Assembly (NCBI GenBank): GCA_047651235.1
Contig: CP178758.1
Span: 1,830,001 to 1,862,000, forward strand
DNA length: 32,000 nt
From: Candidatus Electrothrix yaqonensis
Lineage (GTDB): Bacteria > Desulfobacterota > Desulfobulbia > Desulfobulbales > Desulfobulbaceae
Reading direction: 5' to 3'
Shown here: positions 22,591 to 31,500 of the stretch, piece by piece
Layout: every line of letters begins with the position of its first letter
Numbering within the stretch: the first letter of the stretch is position 1
Notes under the pieces: generated by a model
What the model saw: the letters and a program-made list of their open reading frames with translations, nothing else
The model's database searches: none
Told to the model about the DNA's origin: nothing
Made by a program: the position numbers and the translations under genes

Positions 22591-25500
22591 TTACAAACCC
22601 TGTGCTTCCTCCAGACAGATTCTGAGTTCCTCTGCGAGTTTCGGAAAAAGGGGGTAATCGAACATTTCCAGATGGTGCCCCTTGATTATACGATAATCTA
22701 CGTCTCCGGCAAACGCCGACCAGTCTCTGAAGGTTGAAGAATCCATTCTTTCCAGTTTCTTCAGTTTCATTTCGTTCCGGAAAATCGTAATTTTTCCCGG
22801 ATAAAATTGAGGGATGTACTCATCCTGAGCAGCTATATGCGCATTCAATGTATATTCGAGCCTGTTGATTTTCGCAGGGAACAGCTTATTATACAGGGTG
22901 AAGAATTTATTTTTCACCCTGTAGTAACGGCGGTAGAATAAAAAATCCGTCAGAGCAGGGAGCAGCTGCCCCTGTTTGGAATAAGACAGGAAATTACGGG
23001 CGTAATAACCGATTTTTTTGTGCCTTGTTACCTTTGTCGGGCAGTTTGGCAGAACAGGCGGATCAGGCGGATCCAGCAGCGCCACCAGACCGACTGTGCA
23101 GCCCTGTTCCCGGAGCTGCCGGGCCATTTCAAAGGAGACGCAGGCACCGAAACAGGGGCCCCCCAGATAATACGGGCCGTCAGGCTGTAGTTTCCGTATC
23201 TTAAGGATATAATAGGCTGCCATGTCTTCAACCCGCGCATAGGGTTCCTCTCCCTCTTCAAAGCCGAGCGGCTGTATGCCGTACAGCGGCTGATCTGCTC
23301 CGATATACTCCCTGTAAGGGCCAGCACTTACCGCAGTACTTCCTCCCTGCGGCACAAAGAAGAAAGGAGGTCTGGACCCGCCGGGCGGGATCGGAACAAG
23401 AGTGCTGCCGGGCGCTGAATAGCCTTCCTGTTTCAGGACGTTGGCCAGCTGCTCCACAGTCGGTGCCTCCAGCAGTATCGACATGGGAAGCTGCCTGTCT
23501 GTTGTCTTTTCTATTTCAGCGAACAGACGGGCAGCCAGCAGAGAGTTTCCGCCCAGATGAAAGAAATTATCCCGCACACTGATCGGCTGCGTCTGCAGGA
23601 GGATCTCCCATATTGCAGTCAGCTGCTGTTCCAGGGTATTGCTGGGGGCGACAAAATTTTTCTCTGATACCTCTCTGATCCCCTGGTCCGGTTCCGGTAG
23701 TGCCTTACGGTCTGCCTTGCCGTTAGGAGTCAGCGGGATACTGTCCAGGATGGTGAAGCTGGCCGGAATCATGTACTCCGGCAGGCTCTGCCCCAGCCAG
23801 GCCCGCAGCGCAGATATCTCCGCATGGGCACTGCCAGCCTCGGTGATGTAGGCGGCAAGAAATTTATTGTCACCCCGTTCATGCAGCACCACCACTGCCT
23901 CACCGACTGTCTCATGCTGACTCAGCACTGCTTCGATTTCCCCCAGTTCGATCCGGAAACCGCGCAGTTTAATCTGGTGGTCGATACGGCCCAGATATTC
24001 CAGATTGCCGTCATGCCGCCAGCAGGCCAAGTCACCGGTTTTATAGAGCCGGGGCGACTGGAAATCGTCTGCAAAAGGGTTTTCAACAAAGCATCCTGCT
24101 GTCAGCTCCGGTCGATGCAGGTAACCGCGGGCCAGCTGTACACCGCCGAGATAGAGTTCCCCGGCAGCACCGATGGGCACAGGCTGCATCTGATCATCTA
24201 AAACATACGTCTGGGTATTTGCCACCGGGCGACCGATAGGAACGGTGCTTGATGCTGTTCCCGGCTGACACGGCCAGTAGGTGACATCAATGGCTGCTTC
24301 CGTGGGGCCGTAGAGATTATGCAGTTCAGCCTGTTCTGGCTGCAGACGGGTAAAAAAACGTTCCTGAAGAGAAACAGGCAGAGCTTCTCCGCTGCAGAAC
24401 ACCTGTTTGAGGCTGCTGCAGGACTCGACAGCAGGATTTTCCAGAAAAATCTGCAGCATGGAAGGAACAAAGTGAAGCACTGTAATCTGCTGTCCGTTAA
24501 TCAGTTCTACCAGATAGGCAGGATCTTTATGGCCTTCCGGTTTTGCTATAACTAAGCGTGAACCGATGATGAGCGGCCACCAGAATTCCCAACCGGAAAC
24601 ATCAAAGCTGAAGGGGGTTTTTTGGAGAACGCGGTCTTCGGGTGTCAACCGGTATTCATCCTGCATCCATAATATCCGGTTGATAAGCCCCTTATGGGTA
24701 TTCATTGTCCCCTTGGGTTTACCCGTAGAGCCGGAGGTATAAATAACGTAGATTAAGTTTTCCGGGGTTATTCCGCTGACAGGGTTCTCCTGATTCTTTT
24801 CCTGATTTTCTGCTGCAATCGTCTCCCAGTCTGTATCCAGACAAAGTATCTTGCCCTGGTATTCGGGCAGGTCTGCTTGTAAACGGTTCTGGGTCAGCAG
24901 AACGGAAACCTCCGAGTTTTCGATCATATATTCAAGCCGTTCTTGCGGATACCCCGGATCCAGAGGGACATATGCCCCTCCTGCCTTGAGAATGCCCAGT
25001 AAGCCCACGATCATTTCAAAAGAACGCTCGATACAGATTCCCACCAAGCTTTCCGGCTGGATTCCCTGCTTCCGGAGATAATGGGCCAGCTGATTGGCCC
25101 GGCTGTTCAGTTCCCGGTAGGTCAGTTCCTGAGCTTCAAACACTGCTGCCACAGCATCAGGCGTCTTGTCCGCCTGCTCTTCAACCTGCTGATGAATAGG
25201 CTTGTGCCAAGGATAATCAACCTGCGTGCTGTTCCAATCCACCAGCACCTGCTGCCGCTCCTGTTCCGTGAGCAGCGGCAGCCCGGTGATCCTCTGATCC
25301 GGATCGGCTGCAATGCCCTCAAGCAGAACAGTGAAGTGTTCCGCCATGCGCTCAATGGTGACGTTGTCAAACAGATCTGTATTGTATTCAAGTTGTCCGA
25401 CTATCCCCTCTTCCGAGCGCTCCTCCAAGGTGAAGGTGAGATCGAGTCTTGCCGTGCCGGGATGCGTTTCGATCTCATTGACAGACCAGCCCAGTTGCTC

Positions 25501-28500
25501 TCCGGTGAGCGGGGGGAGAAAGACAAAAAGCACCTGAAAAAACGGCGTCAGGTTCAGCTGGCGCTCCGGACGGAGGGCGTCTACCACCATCTCGAACGGT
25601 ACATCCTGATTGGCATAGGCAGACGTCGTCACCTCCTGTATCCGTTTCAGCAAATTCCTGAAACCGGGATTGCCGCCGAGGTCGCTGCGCAGAACCAAGG
25701 TGTTGAGAAAATATCCGATAACATTCTGCAGCTCCGAAGTACTGCGCTGTGACGATACAGTCCCGATTACAATATCTTCCTGAGTTGAATAACGATACAG
25801 CAGAACCTTGAAGGCGGCAACCAGGGTCATGAACAGGGTAACCCCTTCCTTGCGGCTGACTGTTTTAAGTATCCCTGTTAGTTCTTCCGGAATAACAATA
25901 CGATACACTGATCCGGCAGAGGTCATCTGCGGAGTGCGGGGCCGGTCGAGGGGAAGCTGCAGCTGCGGTGCGTTGTTCAGGGTCTGCTTCCAGTAGGCAA
26001 GCTGTTCAGCGATGACGTCCTGGCGAAGCCGTTCCCTCTGCCAAGCGGCAAAATCGGCATACTGTACAGGCAGCTCCGTCAGGGGAGACGGTTCTCCCTG
26101 AGAAAATACCGTATAAAGGGCTTCCAGCTCAGGCAGCAGGATGTCGTTGAGCGATTCCGCATCCGCCAGAATATGATGTATGCTCAGGCAGAGCCGGTGA
26201 TCCGTGTCGGCAAGCCGGATGAGTGCGGTTCGCAGCACAGGGCCCTGGGCGAGATCGAACGGTTTCCGTACTTCTTCTGCGGCAATACGCTGTGCTTCCG
26301 CTTCCTGTTCGGTCCCGCTCAGGCCTTGGAGATCAATAACCGATAAAGAGACGGGGAACGGCGGATGTATCTTCTGGTACGGCTGGCCGTTGGGGGCCGG
26401 ATAGGTTGTCCGCAGAATTTCGTGCCGGCGGACCAGTTCCGTCAGACTGTTTTCCAAGGCCGGAAGATTGAGCTGTCCGTCGATATGAACAGAACATTCC
26501 ATATTGTAGGAGGGGATCTCCGGCATCAGCTGATGGATCAGCCAGAGCTGTTCCTGGCCGAAGGATAAAGGAAGGTTCTGATCCCGTGCGACAGGCTGCA
26601 GGGCAGGTCCGGTTTCTGTTCCCGTATACTCACGGACCGCCCCGGCCAGCTTGTCTATGGTGGGGCTCTCGAACAGACGCCGCATAGGCAGCTCGACCTG
26701 CAGACGGTCTTTCACGAGCATGATAACTCTGACCGCCAGCAGAGAATGGCCGCCCAGTTCGACAAAATTGTCATACACGCCGATCGGAGAAACACCGAGG
26801 AGTTCAGACCAGATCTCAGCCAGCTGCTGTTCCAGTTTGTTGCGCGGGGCAACAAACTCCGCGTTGCCGACAAAGCTTGAGGCATCCGGTACAGGCAGAG
26901 CGCGGCGGTCGATTTTGCCGTTGGGGGTGAGCGGCAGGCTGGCCAGCACAGTAAAGGAGGTTGGAATCATATACTCCGGCAGCCGCAGTTTCAGTCGGTC
27001 CTGCAGGTCGGAGATTATTTTGTCCGTGTCCTCCTGCCCGTCGGACAGGACAAGGTAGGCTGCCAGAAATTTGTTGTCCTCCTGTTCGTGCAGAATTACT
27101 GCTGCCTCGCGCACCGCTTCATCCTGACTCAACGCGGCCTCGATTTCACCCAGTTCAATCCGGAAACCCCGCAGTTTAACCTGGTGGTCGATGCGGCTCA
27201 GGTACTCAATATTGCCGTCAGGAAGATACCGGACCAGATCACCGGTTCGGTACAGCCGGGAGGAACCGGAACTTCCGGCAAAGGGATTATCAACAAATCG
27301 CTCGGCTGTCAGTTCAGGACGGTTCAGATAGCCCCGCGCGACGCCGTCGCCGCCGATGAAGAGTTCTCCGGCAACCCCGATCGGAACGGGCTGCATCTGC
27401 CTGTCCATAATGTAAATTTGGGTATTGGCGATGGGCCGGCCGATCAGTTCCGGCCCATCCTCATGCCGTGCCGGGCGGTCAGGTTTTACCTCGCAAAGGG
27501 TTGACCAGACCGTGGTTTCGGTCGGGCCGTAGATATTCCACAGGGAACCTGTTTTTTCCAGCAGAGCGTCTGCAAGCTTCCGCTGCAGCGCTTCACCGCC
27601 GCAGATCGCCTTCAGGTCCGGTTTCCCCGGCCAGTCAGTCAGCAGCAGCATCCGCCAGGTTGCCGGAGTGGCCTGCATTGCCGTGACATCATATTCCGCC
27701 ATTGCTGCGGCCAGGGCAAATCCGTCCACGGCTACTTCCCGGCTGGCCAGGACAACTGCAGCACCCACTGCCAGGGGCAGGTAGATCTCCAATGTATGGA
27801 TGTCAAAGCAGATTGTGGTTACAGCTAGGAGGCGGTCGCTGCTCTCCAGGCCCGGCTCGGTCTTCATGGACCAGATGAAATTCACCAGCGACTGATGGCT
27901 GATCTGCACACCCTTGGGCCTGCCCGTGGAACCGGAGGTGTAGATGACATAGGAGAGATTATCCGGCCCCACACCGGCTTCCGGATTCTCCTGACTTTCT
28001 GCGGAAATTGCTTCCTGATCCGTATCCATGCAGACTGCGCGGTCCGCATGGCCGGGCAGGGCGCTCAGCAGCCGGGCGGAGGTAAGCAGGAGCTGTGCGC
28101 CGGAATCAGATAAAATATAATCGATTCTGTCCTGCGGGTAATTCGGGTCCAAGGGAACATATGCGCCGCCGGCCTTGAGAATACCCAGCAGCCCGATGAG
28201 CATTTCCAGGCTACGCTCAAGACAGATTCCCACCAGACTTTCCGGCTGTATTCCCTGCTTCCGGAGATAATGCGCCAGCTGATTGACCCGGCAGTTCAGT
28301 TCCCGGTAGGTCAGCTCCTGCCCTTCAAACATCACCGCGACCGCATCGGGTGTTTTGTCCGCCTGTTCCTCAAACAGATGCTGGATGCATTTTTCCCGTG
28401 GATATTCAGCCTGCGTGCTGTTCCAATCGATCAACAGCTGACAGCGTTCCTGTTCCGGCAGCAGCGGCAGGCTGGAAATCTTCTGATCCGGATCAGCCGT

Positions 28501-31500
28501 AATGCCCTCAAGTAGAACCGTGAAGTGCTGTGCTATGCGTTCGGCTGTTGTTCTGTCAAAAAGTTCGGAGTTATATTCAAGCAGGAAAACGGTCTGCCCC
28601 TGTTCCTCAAAGACGTAGAAGGTGAGGTCAAATTTGGCGATTCCAGGGTCCAGCTCAAACCAGAACGCTTTCCAGTCAGACCTTTCTCCGGTGACTAAAG
28701 GCGGATCAATGGTGAAAGCAACCTGAATCATCGGATCCTGGTTGACTTTAAAGTTGAGGTTCAGGGCTTCCACCACCTTCTGAAACGGCACATCCTGATT
28801 GGCATAGGCAGACAGACAGGTATTCCAGACCTGCTTCAGGAGATCCCGGAACCTTGGGTTGCCATCGAGATCGCTGCGCAGCACAAGCGTATTGAGGAAG
28901 TATCCGACCAGTCCCTCCAGTTCCTGCCGATCCCGTTGAGAATTGAAGGTACCGAGAAGAATATCTTCCTGGCCAGAATAGCGGTGGAGCAACACCTTGA
29001 TTGCCGTTGCCAGGGTGGTAAACAGCGTAACCCCTTCCCCCTGCGCAACTTTTGTGAGCCGTTTGAGCAGGTCTTTTGCGTAGGGAACACGAACAAAAGA
29101 GCCGGAAGAAGTTGTCCTCGGAGTACGGGGACGGTCAACAGGAAGCAGCAGACGGGGAAGATTTTCCAGCCGTTTTTTCCAATAGGCAAGCTGATCGGCA
29201 AGGTTTTTTTTCTTCAGAAACTGGCGTTGCCAGACCGAAAAATCGGCATATTGGACAGGCAGTTCCGGCAGGGGGGACGGTCGGCCCTGACAGAATGCCG
29301 TATAGATGGCTTTTACTTCCCGCAGCATAACGAGGTCTGACTCGGCATCGGAAATAATATGATGAATGGAAAAGTAGAGCCGGAATTTTTTTTCACCGAA
29401 CTGAATAAGGAGCATCCGCAGTACCGGCCCCTGTTCAAGATCAAACGGTTTGCGGAGATGTTCCGTGGCGACGCGCACCATTTCCGCTTCCCGTTCTGCT
29501 GCAGGAATTTCCCGCAGATCCGCAACCGGCAAAGAAAAAGACGGCGGGTTAATTCGTTGATACAGTCGCCCTTCAACAGCTTCATAGGTTGTCCGGAGAA
29601 TTTCGTGCCGGCGGATAAATTCAGTCAGACTCGCTTCCAGAGCCGGAATATTAACTTTTTCATTGAAATGAATACTTGTTGTTTCATTATAGATCGGCTC
29701 CTCCGGCGTCAGCTGGTGAAGCAGCCACATTTGTTCCTGGCCGAACGATAACGGAATATTCTGTTCCCGTGAAATGGGCTGCAGTACCGGACCGGCATCA
29801 TCTCCTTTGGAAGATATGGTTTCCGAAACAATACCGGAAAGCTCAGCGATTGTAGGGCAGGCAAGCAGGCGGTTCAGAGGCAGTTCTGCCTGCAGCCGTT
29901 CATGCAGCAGTGCGATAATCCTGACCGCCAGCAGTGAATGTCCGCCTACTTCAATAAAGTTGTCATGAATACCGAGAGGAGACAGACCGAGGACTTCGGA
30001 CCAGATCTCTGCCAGCTCCTGTTCCAGGGCGTTGCGGGGAGCGACAAAATCAGTTGTTCTGACATAGGTTGAAAAATCAGGGACCGGCAGAGCCCGGCGG
30101 TCAACTTTGCCGTTGGGTGTTAGCGGAAAGGCATCAAGAGACACAAAGGCTGACGGCACCATGTAGTCCGGCAGGGCATTTCCGAGGAACTTCCGCAGGT
30201 CGTCGCTGTCCGGCCGAGATGCTCCGGAGACAGCGGAAACAGTATAGGCGGCCAGCCGTTTGTCACCTGCAGGGGTTGCGTGGGCAAGAACGACTGCATG
30301 ATCCACTTCGGGATGCTTTTCCAGAGTGTTCTCGATTTCTGCGAGTTCAATGCGGTTGCCGCGGATTTTGACCTGATGGTCAATCCGACCGAGAAACTCG
30401 ATTTCTCCGTCAGGCAGCCAGCGGGCCAAGTCGCCGGTTTTATACATTCCGGCATCTTTTTCTGTGCTGAAGGGATCGGGCAGAAAGCTTTCCGCTGTCA
30501 GCTCCGGCCGGTTGAGGTAGCCGCGGGCAACACCGACTCCGCCGATATACAGTTCTCCGGCAACGCCGATCGGGACGGGCTGCAGGAAACGGTCAAGAAT
30601 GTAAACCTGCGTATTGCTGATCGGTCGACCGATGGTCGGTTTCTGATCTGTATCAGCATATGCGATCGCTGTAGCAATAACCGTCGCTTCCGTCGGGCCG
30701 TAGGTATTGAAAATTTTCCGTCCTTGCGACCATTCCCGGACCAGCTCCTGGGTGCAGACATCCCCGCCGACAATGACCGCCCGTAGATCAGGCAGAACTT
30801 CTCCGGAAATGGTGGCCAGGGCTGGCGGAACAATATCGATATGGGTGATCTTATACTGCAGCAGCAGTTCTTTCAGTTCGGCACCCAGACGGGACGATTC
30901 CGGCGGGATCAGGCAGAGCCGCGCCCCGGCGCAGAGCGAGGTTATAATGTCGGAGATCGACGGATCAAAACTGAGAGAGGCGAACTGCAGATATCGACTG
31001 GTCGGTCGGACATCAAAGAGACGGATCTGGTACTGTGCCAGATTGCACAGGCCTTGATGCGGAACAAGCACCCCCTTTGGTCTGCCAGTTGAGCCGGAAG
31101 TATACATAATATAGGCCAGATCGCCGGGCTGTACCTTGCCGGACGAATTTTCTCCGCTTTCCGCCGCAATGCTGTCCCAGTCCGTATCTAGACAAAGCAC
31201 CTGCCCCTGATATTCCGGCAGAGCAGCCTGCAGATGCTTCTGGGTCAGCAGCACCGGAACTTGGGAATTCTCCAGCATGTAGGCAATCCGTCCCTCAGGA
31301 TAGGCCGGATCAATAGGCACATAGGCACCGCCTGCCTTCAGGATACCCAAGATGCCGATCACCATTTCCAAGGAGCGTTCAATGGAGATCCCCACCGGAG
31401 TGTCCGGCTCTACAGACAGCTGCTGCAGATAATGCGCCAGTTGATTGGCCCGGCGGTTCAGCTCCTGGTAGGTCAGCTCCTGTTCCTGAAACACCAGTGC

